Notes under the pieces: model-generated
Seen by the model: the letters and a program-made list of their open reading frames with translations, nothing else
Database searches by the model: none
What the model was told of the DNA's origin: nothing
Shown here: in pieces, positions 38,403-48,979 of the stretch
How the letters are laid out: every line of letters starts with the position of its first letter
Numbering within the stretch: the stretch's first letter is position 1
Position numbers and translations under genes: made by a program
Assembly (NCBI GenBank): GCA_004764695.1
Contig: SMSO01000025.1
Coordinates: 1,798,001 to 1,862,000, forward strand
DNA length: 64,000 nucleotides
Direction: 5' to 3'
From: Schizochytrium sp. TIO01
Taxonomy: Eukaryota > Protista > Bigyra: Labyrinthulomycetes

Positions 38403-38867
38403 ATGGCCAAGTGCGCGTGCAAAGTTCTCAGCCTTGATGGCGCCATTCAGGGCGTGCTCAAGCTCGAGCAGTCTTCCGAGGCGGCCCCGACCACCATCCA
38501 GGGTGAGGTGACTGGCCTCGCTCCGGGCAAGCACGGCCTCGCCATCCTTGTTGCTGGCGACCTCAGCAACCCCCCCACCTCCCTCGGCGAGCACTTCAAC
38601 CCGCACGGCAAGAACCACGGTGCCCCTGACGCTGAGGAGCGCCACGTCGGCAGCCTCGGCAACGTCGAGGCCGATGCTGATGGCAAGGCTATCATCAACG
38701 TGTCTGACAAGCTCGTTAAGCTCATCGGACCCCAGTCTATCATTGGCCGTTCCATCGCCATCATGAGCCAGGAGGACGACCTTGGCCTCGGCGGACAGGA
38801 GCAGAGTTTGATCAACGGTAACGCTGGCCCCGCGATCGCCGTCGGAGTTGTGGGTATCCAGTGCTGA
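38403..38867 (+). CDS. Cu/Zn superoxide dismutase-fold protein, predicted catalytically inactive, 154 aa
   Basis: Colinear with SOD1 (GLAPGKHG, GEHFNP, HGAP, ERHVGxLGN, SIIGR, DDLG, GNAG), but the Cu ligands, disulfide and catalytic Arg are substituted. Confidence 0.9.
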   Translation: MAKCACKVLSLDGAIQGVLKLEQSSEAAPTTIQGEVTGLAPGKHGLAILVAGDLSNPPTSLGEHFNPHGKNHGAPDAEERHVGSLGNVEADADGKAIINVSDKLVKLIGPQSIIGRSIAIMSQEDDLGLGGQEQSLINGNAGPAIAVGVVGIQC

Positions 38868-40306
38868 TCTAATACATAAACTACTTCTTTACGTGTTTGC
38901 TGAACTGCTTGACTTCTTTCTCTATTTCATGCTTATTTCTTCCTGCTTGAATATCTCACTGTCAAGGTAACGTAAGTCCATATTTACCTTCGAGCGAAAA
39001 TAATAAAAGATTAATGCATCAAGGTGTGAAGCAAATGCATGTAAGAACTTGGAAAACAGAATGAAGCTTGAAACAAATCCTTGATCATTTTTCGCCGGAA
39101 AGGTTTGAACAGATACGGTTGGCGATCTAGATGTACTTGAAACTTGTATGCATGCGTGCTTTCCTTTCGACACCTGCGAGCATGAGGAGAGCTATTGTCT
39201 CAGATGCTTACGAAATTCTCTAGCTAGATATTTGTAAAATTCCTTTCTTTCAATCGTTGGGTGCTGCACCTTGAATACGAAGCCCTCAAACCAAGCCACG
39301 CGTGCTTTCATGCTTTCCTTCTTCTTGGCATTTGAAAATAGAGAAGTATGCGTGAACATACGTGCATGCAAGTTTTGACTGCGTAGCAGACTTGATTATC
39401 ATCCCATACCTTCATTGCTATTATCTGTTACGTCTAGTCAGCATTGCTACTTTCAAAACTAGCTAATCGTATTTACAATGTTGCAGAGACTGCAGCTGGA
39501 TACGAACCTACTACGGCTTGCGTGTATTCTTCTAAATGTAGTTTTGGATTTTGGATGTTGTTTTCTTTATCACAAAGCTAGATTGAAGATTTTGAAGTTT
39601 CTAGTAAACCTCGGAACAAAACTGTAATACAAATACCAAAATCTGGATAGCCAAATCCCATAATTAGAGTTAAACAATGGCCTACTCTGCTTAAATTACA
39701 AGCGAGGATAATGCAAACCTACAAGTGGTAAATTTATACCTGCAACAAAGAACCATTAAGTTGTCCGAAGTCTTCACAATATATTTTTCTTTATTCAAGG
39801 CTTCCGGCACATAAGAATCTATTTTGCTCTTCTTTATCACGCAAGAGTCTTCCGAACCCCAAAGTAGTATATATATATTCCGGCTAGAAAGGAGCATAAA
39901 CTTACTCGAAATCTTCACAAATCTATATATTTTTTCAATTCAAGGCTGTGTGCAATTAAGAGTCTACATTGCTTCTTTTCGCCGCAAACTGATATCAACA
40001 TTACTTAATTATAAACATCGAAAGTCGGATATTGGTAACTTTTGGTTTCGGTGGATTTTCATTATGAAGACACGGCGAGTTCCTCCAGGTCGAGAGGCTT
40101 GAAGCAAGAGAGGCCTACTTTACATTGCAGGACATAGGAATCAGGTACAAAAAGAGTAAATGTGATTGCAAGCGAAGATATGGTTGTTTGTTCTTTTATA
40201 AAAAGTTGTATTGTTTTCATACGAATTGCTAAAGTCGTAGGGGGTTGAAATCGTAGCAAGAGTCTTCTGGAAATGGAGTAGTAGTAAAACAGGAATTAGC
40301 AGGAAT

Positions 40307-43300
40307 TTATCTCCGCTTGAACTTGCGCTTGGACTTAAACTTGCTGCTTCCCATTTTACCACCCTTGCGGAGACCACCCTTAGAAAGATCAGCCTCCTTG
40401 AAGATAGGTGCATCTGAGGCACCATTGTTCTTTTTGCTCTTCTTGCGTGTGCGAGAGTCAAGCATGTGAAGACCTTCGCCAGGTGCAAGCTCAGAGCCAA
40501 ATCCTGAAAAGGAGTCCACAGCGTACTTGGCACGCTGCTTAATAGGCTTCGCTGGTCTCTTGTATTCCTCAGGGTCAAGGCCTTCCTCGCGAGCACGCTG
40601 CTCACGCTTCTTCTCACGAAGAGCCTTCTTACGGGCCTCGGCCTCATCATCGACGATGAGGCCTCCAAACTTGCCTGCTTCTGCCTCGCGAACCTTACGT
40701 TTGCTAGCACGAGCGGAAGCGGCAACCTTGCCGTCATCCTTGCGGAGAACACCTTCGTAATCCGAAGGGCGCTTCTTCGGTCGACGCTCCTGCACATCCT
40801 CGCCTTCTTCCTCAGCAGCAGCGGCATCCATGGCCTCAAGCTGTGCAAGGCGACGACGCTTGGCACGTGTCATACGGTGAGGCCGCTTATCCTTATCATC
40901 CTCCTTCTTTGAACCTTCGGCTTCGAGAAGAGCTTGTTTACGTGCACGTGCACGACCTTGGGGAGTTTGGTCCTCCGCATTGGCATCAGCCTCAATCATC
41001 CGAGCACGAGTGGCCTCACGAATAGCCTCCTTCTCGGTCTGAGATTGAAACCACTCACGCTTCGGCTTAGACATGATCTCCTCACGATTTTGGATACGGC
41101 GTTGAGCACGTTCGACTTCTGCCTCAGCACCACGCAATTCACGCTCGACACGCTCCTGACGAAGAACATCTTCGATTTCGGGCTCAAAGTCGGCGATACG
41201 CTCACGAAGAGCCTCAACAACACCATCTGGGATGGTGCGACTCTTGACGTTTTGCTGAGAGCGACGCAACACCTCCTTGGTAAGCATACGCTGGCGCTCG
41301 CCAGTCAGAGTCACAGAGCGACCACCGCGACCAGCACGAGCAGTACGACCGACACGGTGAACGTAAGTTGAGAGATCATTAGGCATCTCGTAGTTGATGA
41401 CGACCTCGACACCCTTGATATCAAGACCACGAGACGCAACGTCTGTACAAAGCAAGAAGTCAACTTCACCATCACGGAAGCGCTGAAGCGACTCCAGACG
41501 CTGACGCTGGGTCAGGTTACCGTGCAATTCGGCGGCCTTGAGACCAAAGAGTCCAAAGAGAATACCAAACCGGTGGGTGCGGACTTTTGCACGGAAGAAA
41601 ATAATCACCTTGGACTTGAAGCTACGAGTACAGAGACCGAGAAGCATGGATTCGCGATCGCCCTCGCGCTGAGGTTTGACACGGACGAACTCCTGAACAA
41701 GACGGGATGCCATATCGTACAAGGGGTCAGTCTCAACACGCACAGCACGCTTCAGACTCAAGTCTGCAAGCTCGTTCACAGAAGTGGTCATGGTAGCAGA
41801 AAAGAGAAGAGTTTGACGGTTCTTCGGACAGAAGTCAACAATCTGCATGACTTCATCATTAAATCCGAGCTCCAAGAGACGATCAGCCTCATCCAAAATG
41901 AGAATTTCTACATCGTCAAGATCAACGGACTTGGTATTGAGAACGTGATCAATAAGACGACCGGGAGTTGCGACAACAATATCAGGACGAGCGCGGAGTT
42001 CCATGGCCTGTGCATCCATTGACAGACCACCGACCACAGCGGTCATAGTGATGTCGGTGAATTGAGCAAGGGCCTCAGCCATACTCAGAACCTGCTGCGT
42101 CAATTCACGGGTCGGGGTCACGATCAAAACGCGTGTTGCCTTGATACGCTTCGGGCGGAACAAGAGACGCTCTAGAACAGGAAGCAAGAAAGCAGCAGTC
42201 TTACCAGATCCAGTTGCAGCACTACCACAGATATCGCGACCAGCCATTGCATACGGAATGGACCGGGCCTGAATAGGGGTCGGGCGGTCGAACTTGAGAA
42301 CTTGAGTAGCACGAATGAGCGGGCGCGACAGGTTGAGTTGTGCAAAAGTTTCGATCGAGGCAGCCTGAATTTTATTCTTCTTGTTCTCCTTTTCCAGGAG
42401 CTCCATCTTCTGCTTAGTCCGCTTGCGAACCTTCTCCAAGACCTCAGAGTTCGCACCCATCTCACGAGAAAAGTCCTCATCTCCCTCCTCTCCTTCCTCG
42501 TCATCCTCATCTTCTTCGTCTGAGCTAGCCTGAGGTTTCTGCGGCTTACTGTTGTCAATCACAAGATCAATATCTTCGCCAGCCTCTTCTGCTGCGGCTG
42601 CTTGGGCTCCAAGGGCCTCCGCAGCCTCGTGCTGGCCTTCCGCAGCAAGCTCCTGTTGAGCTTGGCGCAAAGCACGTGCCTGGAGAGCTTTCTTAATTTT
42701 TTCGTCGAGAGAAGTTGTGGCGGCTTGAGAAGGATCTTCACGAGATTTGATTCGCTCGATAGCGCTGGTGAAATCCCAAGACTCAGGAGCAATTTTGTGT
42801 TCATCCTCATCATCGGAGTCCTCTTCATCAGAGTCAATGCCGTCTAGGAATACATTGGTGCTCAGTTCCGGTGCGTCGTCGTCAAGTTTTTGGGTCTTGA
42901 GGTCGCGAGCACGCTGCTCACGGCGTGTCAGAGTTTTCTTGCTGGAGTTATCAGAGCCCGAGACTTCCTGCTCCGGCTGTTTCTCAAGATCCTCTTCATC
43001 ACCCTCTGCCACACGCTGGCTGCTCTTCTTGGAGACAACGAGAGATGAGAGGCCTGCCGGAACTCGTTTGGCGTTCGTACTTGATGATGTCTCGGTGGCA
43101 TTGGTTTTATCAGCAGCTTCTGCTGTTGACGAACTCTTGGAGTTCTTCTGGTTGGCACTTCCGGCCTTGGAGCTGGATGCAGTCTTGGCCTTGGTTACCT
43201 TACGATCCTCCTTGGACTTCTTCTGATCTCCTTGTTCGTTTGCCAAAGTGTCGATGTCTTGCTCATCGTCACTCTCAATGGTCATCACAAAGCCTGCCAC

Positions 43301-43312
43301 CTCGCGAACCAT
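40307..43312 (-). CDS. DDX27: DEAD-box RNA helicase DDX27/Drs1 (60S biogenesis), 1001 aa
   Basis: Q motif PTPIQ, AATGSGKTAAF, PTREL, TPGRL, LDEADR, FSAT, RGLD, HRVGRTARAG. Family-typical LERLLFRP, RPKNRQT-like, KREWF and basic C-terminus SKFKSKRKFKRR. Confidence 0.95.
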   Translation of the reverse strand: MVREVAGFVMTIESDDEQDIDTLANEQGDQKKSKEDRKVTKAKTASSSKAGSANQKNSKSSSTAEAADKTNATETSSSTNAKRVPAGLSSLVVSKKSSQRVAEGDEEDLEKQPEQEVSGSDNSSKKTLTRREQRARDLKTQKLDDDAPELSTNVFLDGIDSDEEDSDDEDEHKIAPESWDFTSAIERIKSREDPSQAATTSLDEKIKKALQARALRQAQQELAAEGQHEAAEALGAQAAAAEEAGEDIDLVIDNSKPQKPQASSDEEDEDDEEGEEGDEDFSREMGANSEVLEKVRKRTKQKMELLEKENKKNKIQAASIETFAQLNLSRPLIRATQVLKFDRPTPIQARSIPYAMAGRDICGSAATGSGKTAAFLLPVLERLLFRPKRIKATRVLIVTPTRELTQQVLSMAEALAQFTDITMTAVVGGLSMDAQAMELRARPDIVVATPGRLIDHVLNTKSVDLDDVEILILDEADRLLELGFNDEVMQIVDFCPKNRQTLLFSATMTTSVNELADLSLKRAVRVETDPLYDMASRLVQEFVRVKPQREGDRESMLLGLCTRSFKSKVIIFFRAKVRTHRFGILFGLFGLKAAELHGNLTQRQRLESLQRFRDGEVDFLLCTDVASRGLDIKGVEVVINYEMPNDLSTYVHRVGRTARAGRGGRSVTLTGERQRMLTKEVLRRSQQNVKSRTIPDGVVEALRERIADFEPEIEDVLRQERVERELRGAEAEVERAQRRIQNREEIMSKPKREWFQSQTEKEAIREATRARMIEADANAEDQTPQGRARARKQALLEAEGSKKEDDKDKRPHRMTRAKRRRLAQLEAMDAAAAEEEGEDVQERRPKKRPSDYEGVLRKDDGKVAASARASKRKVREAEAGKFGGLIVDDEAEARKKALREKKREQRAREEGLDPEEYKRPAKPIKQRAKYAVDSFSGFGSELAPGEGLHMLDSRTRKKSKKNNGASDAPIFKEADLSKGGLRKGGKMGSSKFKSKRKFKRR

Positions 43313-44346
43313 CTTGCCGTCTAGAGCAATTTAGCGCACAGCGCCAGCAAAACTCGCTCTTGCAGCTACTTCCGGCCTGAATGACCGGCCAAAGCAAGCG
43401 GATGCCGCTCGCCTACCAAATCCTCCGCAGACCTCAACAGGTCCTCGCCTTGATTTGCTTTGCTTCGCAGTGACGAGCTCGCTATTTCTGCTGTTCCCAA
43501 TGTCACTTCGTTGTTGGATGGTGGACTCAGTGGTCGCCAGCAATTCTGCACAAAGACTCCCCGCGTTCCCATGCTTCCCTATTAATACTAAACATGATAG
43601 TCGTCTATATATAGTGGAGGTATTTATTCATTCAAGATGAAAGAATGGGACTTGGGGAGTGGCATCTCGAGGACTCAGAGACAGCGCGAGGAGCAAGGAT
43701 AGGTGAATAGACTAAAAATGAACCCAGACATATGCGAAGACACGGGAGAAGAAATAATAATTTGAATAACTGGAGACCTTTAAAAATTGTTTTCATAAGG
43801 AATAAATTTAGTCAACTGTGGAAACATACCAAAGCAGAGTCGTAATGCTAATCTCTTTTACGGAATTGTAGAGAAAAATGATATGCAAATAATTTATGAA
43901 ATTTCGTGTGAATGGTTCGGCCAATCGTTTAGATTGGTGTATCAAGGTGCCGTTAGGCTTCCTTATTGTCTAGAACCAGCATTCACTCAGGAGAAAATGC
44001 ATTTTTTGCAAGGATTGTTTAATAAGTTCGTGTACCAAGTGTCGTGCCCCTGTACTTCTTTTTTAGTTTAGAATATGATGTCAGAAATAACGTTTTCTAG
44101 CAAAACTGCAACAAATAAGGACTACAACGATTAAGAGAACCTTATACTTGTTTCTAAAGCTGACTTAGCAGTCCTGAGAACAGGGATAAAAAACAATGCC
44201 GAGGCCAAATTCGACGAGGCAGAATTTGAGGAAACTTTTCCCCAACAACAGCTATCACGATTTGAAAAAAAGAAAAGAAGGTTCAAACTCAACAATCAAC
44301 AGCTTTTAAAAAACAAATCAGCACCACGGTAATCATATCTGATACT

Positions 44347-47300
44347 TTACTCCTCATTTGCAACGAAATAGGCAACGACTTCATCCGTAGCCAACTCAAG
44401 AGGTGAAGCACCTGCTTCATCTCGCTGGTCTTTGGAAGCGCCACGATGCAGTAGTATTTCAACGCAGGAGACGTGCCCCTTACTACAAGCAATGTGTAGC
44501 AGTGTAGTAGCTTTATCATCGACACTTAAACTCTCTGTGACCAATGAAGGTTCCGCCTCACACAAGGCAACCAGGCAATTAAATTTACCCTCAGCAGTTG
44601 CTAGTATACTTAACTCACGTACTAACTCAAAAGAGTCTAATGCCCCTAAAACGGAAAGAGTTTCTGAGGAATCAGGACTTGACTCACCGCAAGCTAACCG
44701 AGCCAAAGCCGGTATGTCTATTTCACTCTCATCTACAACAATACCCTTTGCAAACTGAAGAAGAATAGAAAGCATCTTTGGATGTCCACTTGATATAGCC
44801 AATTCTAGGTCACGCTGAACATCAAAAGCCTCATGATAAGTCGCAAGTATCATTCCTGCAATGTCTACTGAGTTTGTCTTAATCGATTTTTCAAAACACT
44901 CGCGAATTCCCAAGTCTCTTACGGTATACTCCTTGTCACCTTCAGATGTGTCTTCTATGAAATTAAGAGCCGTATCTAAGATCAATTTGAAGCCTTGATT
45001 GAAAGTCTTCGTTACTGCTAGAAGCAACAGTTCGCGGAACAGAGCAATAGAAGCATCTGCACGCGATAAAAGTATTGAGAGACAGCTTTCATGGCGACCC
45101 TCGGTTGCAAGAAACAGTGCATGGTGATTTTGTTTATCCTTGTGAAGAATTCGGGTTTTGCTTTCTTTGTCTGCTTTGAGCAGTGCTTGTAGCATATTCG
45201 AGCAGCCAAATTTAGCAGCTAGGTGGATTGGGAATTGACCGTCTCGATTTGCGATCACAATACATTCGTGTCCAAGATGAGGGAGCAAATCTGGCGAACG
45301 CTCGTCAGTAGTAATGTTCGTACACGCAGAATGAAGTGCTGTGTCCCCATGAAAGTTTGTCTCTGATGGAGAAATACCCATTTGTAAGATTCGTGAAACA
45401 GTGCGTTCGGCACAAGTGTAGGCTGCACTGTGTAGAATGGTGTTGCCCAACTTATCTCGAACAGATAAAAGGTTCAACTTTGACGCTTGCAATGAACGAA
45501 GCAAGTTTCCTGTAAGACAATCACTTGCACACAAAGCATGCAAAGCGGTAGTCCCAGAGCTATCTGGCTGAGTGAGACACTCTTCTAAGTCTCCCTTTGC
45601 CTTCTTTAGCAAAAGTTCTAATACCTTTTCGCTATTTGCAGCATGGTGGAAGACGTTGCGGCCCATCGCGTCGTGCTGGCTTGAAATGAGATCAGCGTTT
45701 GCTACAAGTCTTACAATATCAATAGCATCTGCACTAGCAGCTGCCATAAGAACTGACAGACCTACCTCTGGTGCTTGATACTCAACAGGGAAGCCAGCTT
45801 CAACAGCAGCCCGTGTTTTTAAGAATGCCTTGTCGCCACGCGTTCGGATAACTTGAACGAGCTTTTCTGGAGATTCGAGAATGCGGCGCAATTCCTCCTC
45901 AGTTACGACATCATTCTCCATATCAATTTGCCATCCCCCAGATAACAACTCCGCACATTCTTCCTCATTTGCCAATACAGCTAGCTTCCAAGGAGTGCGG
46001 CCTTGCAGGTCTTGCTTTTGAACATCAGCATTCCCTTCATCAATTAGATACTGTACAATAGTGGTCAGACCACGCTTAGCGGCTAGATGAAGAGGTGTCG
46101 AGCCTTCTGAATCAACCACCTCAACATTCGCATGGCCTGCTTCAACAAGGTGTTTGACGAGTTCGATTGATGGGTTCTTGCCCATAATTGCAAGATGCAA
46201 AGGCGCCCGCTGGAGAGGTTCAGTGGGAGCAACCTGGTTAGCATCAAGATCACGTAGCAGCAGTGGCAATATTAACGTTTCTAGTCCAGCTTGGCAAGCA
46301 TCGTGCAGTAAAGTTCGCCCAACTGTTGGTACTTTGCATTTCTTAGCAAGAAGCATTTCTGCAATTTCTACATGAGCGCCTCGAGTTGCAAGCACGACAC
46401 CCGTTTGGCCTGCATCATTTTCGTGGTCAATGTTTAGACCCCACTTGATGGCCTTGCGTGCCATTTTCCTGTAACCAAAACGACAAGCAATGGTCAACAC
46501 ACTATCACCATGCAGGTCTTCTAAATCTAGACAGCTTTCAAACTCATGAAGGTCTTCAACCTCTTGACGTCTTCCCAGACGTGCTTGAAAGAAAATATCT
46601 GTAAGCTTTTCGTCTAGCATTGACGCAGTATGAATGCGTGCTAGTTTGCCTCTTATGATACGCTGAATGTTTATAGATGCCCACACTTGTTGACGTTGTG
46701 CTATTCTAGCCCTTATGAAACACACCCTTGCGCGACCATAGAGCCAACCTCTACAAACCCGTTGAATGGACAGTGTTGCAGCTTCTTGCATAAGATGTTC
46801 ATGCTCGTGTTGAACTTCATCGAGTTTCATTCGACATGCTACACCTCGAGCAATAGCCTGAATTAAAATCGCTGCTCTGAATCGAACAGCCTTTTCTTGC
46901 TGGTTTTGGAGCAGGGCAACTCGCTTGCGGGAATATATACATCGCCAAGCACACTGAATACGAATGCAGCTTTGCCTTTGTCGTCGAGTTTGAACAGACC
47001 GTGCTCGTTTTTTACCAAGATGCCACATACGGTAGTAAGACTGAATAAGAGAGGTCGCTCTAAGAACTCTTTCTTCTTGCTTGCGTTGGCGTAGACTCTC
47101 GAGACAGCGGTAGCTCAAAGCGCGGCGTATAAAAGCACACATCTTTGTAGCTGATTCGTTGAGGCGCTCTACGCGCTGAGTGCATCGCTCTTTGTTTGTA
47201 GCCCTCTGAGCAAGGAACATACGGGACATGGACTGAATCTTGATGCTTGCTCTCTCTCTATGCTCTTCAGCTCTCTTTGCGCTCTCTGCAAGCTCCAGCT

Positions 47301-47953
47301 TGAGACGGATTTGCTTCGAGATTACCTGATAAGAGCGCTGCATTTTTCTTTGCAAGCGAAGCCTTCCTGCGTTCCGTTTAAGCCACCGACGCATAAGGAA
47401 CCCACGAACTGTTCCTCTGTAAAATGACTGCTGCCTGGTTTTCGACACTTATGCGTTGCTCGCGCCTGATGCCTAGTTTATTCAAGAATGCCGCCTCTTC
47501 GCAACGAAGGTCTTTCTGCACCTGCACTGATGCAGAAAGGTCCTTAACTCGAGGCCTTTTTGATTCAAATGGAGAACGAAGCTTGCTTACAGTACTAATA
47601 TTAGGCGCTCCACGATTTAGCTTGCTACTTTCGTCTGCGGAAAGAGCATTTTGCCATTTTTCATTGACAGATGATCGAATCGTACAGATCACAGAGACAA
47701 CATTGCTTTGGGTAGAACGACGGGAGGTGAACCATAAATTCCTATCTGGTGTAATACATGGCCGCTGTTTAACCTCCGTGTCTGTGTCTCCCGATAGGAG
47801 TTCGTCAAGCTGGAATTCATCAAGTACTGTGCGGCTAAACTCATTACTCGATTCAAGAAGAACCCCTGCAGCTGCTCTTTCTGCAAGCTCAGAAGGGCTG
47901 AGCGATGCCTCGGCGAGGACTTGCATTGCAAATTTAGCAGGGTCGGCCGTCAT
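44347..47953 (-). CDS. IQ-motif plus ankyrin-repeat protein with an apparent 1-nt insertion near 47412; about 1201 aa if repaired
   Basis: Multiple IQ motifs (IQSMSRMFLAQR, IQAIARGVACR, IQRIIRGKLAR) and many ankyrin repeats (GSTPLHLAA, GNTILHSAA, GDTALHSAC, TTLLHIAC). Removing one base gives a canonical IQ motif, AAVILQRTVRGFLMRR, joining the two ORFs. Confidence 0.85.
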
Positions 47954-48979
47954 TCTTTCTCCTTAGCCCTGCAATTACAAATAGCCACAAGCTAGTGTAT
48001 AAGTTGGTTTCGAACCACCTTCGCTAATCCTCAAGGTTCGTCAAAAGTTGCTCAATTTGGGGTTTTATAGCCAGAACTATTCAGTACTCAACCTTGCTCT
48101 ATATTTTGTGTACTCTACGATACAGGCTCCCGTCCTTAGAGGCACCAATCCGCTGGCAGGCTGAACACACGTGCTCCCTCAGGAGCAGGAGACACTGGAG
48201 CGCAGCGAGTGAAACAAAGTTTAAGTGAGACCCTTTTTACACCATGTCCCTGTATTCTGGTGTTCAATGAATAAACATATATATCATTCGCAACAAAGCG
48301 TTGTTACACACACATTTCTACCCCAAAATAAAATAGAACTTGGTATTACTATACCTAATTGATAACCTCAAAGACGCAAGCTTAACAATCAAAGATATAG
48401 GGGAAATAAATATAGTAGACGTTTTAAAAGACGAGGTTTTATGCTATTCCTGACGATTTGGCTTTTTATCATCTTGATATTTATCTTTGTCGTTCTCACA
48501 ATACTAAGCTTTAGCTTGAGAGACTTTAACCTATCCGTAAGCTCCAGCCTTTCCAAGAGTTTCTACCTGTATTTTTTAATTAGCGCAGCTCCCTGAGCTA
48601 CACTAACTTCATCTTTGGTCATTCAACACTAGTATGCCACCTTTCTACCGGATCTGAGCACAACCCACTACACGCTCACAAGAGGTGTGCACCAACCGTA
48701 TATAAGCCTCTTTCCAAAGTATTTAGGCCTCTTAAGGGGGCCAGTCAATTTGGGGTTGCGCAGACTAAGCAAAGACCAATAAATAATGGTGAAGAGAGGA
48801 AGAGCATAGTTAAAGAAGCATTGGACCATTGGTTCGCGCGACTTTGGGCCCAGTTCTGCCCCGTTTAGAACCGTGTTTGGGCTTACGAAGGCGGTCCTCG
48901 CGGCGCTGGAGCCGGAGTTTTCTGTACAAGCGTTGTCCCTGAGAGGTTTAGCAACCGAGGCGGTGCTCGGGTAAGCACC

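Noticed and set aside
40141-43380. Long antisense and alternative-frame ORFs over DDX27, also seen over DUF4833, the SLTs and WD40
   Set aside because: Shadow ORFs produced by biased codon usage in the real genes.
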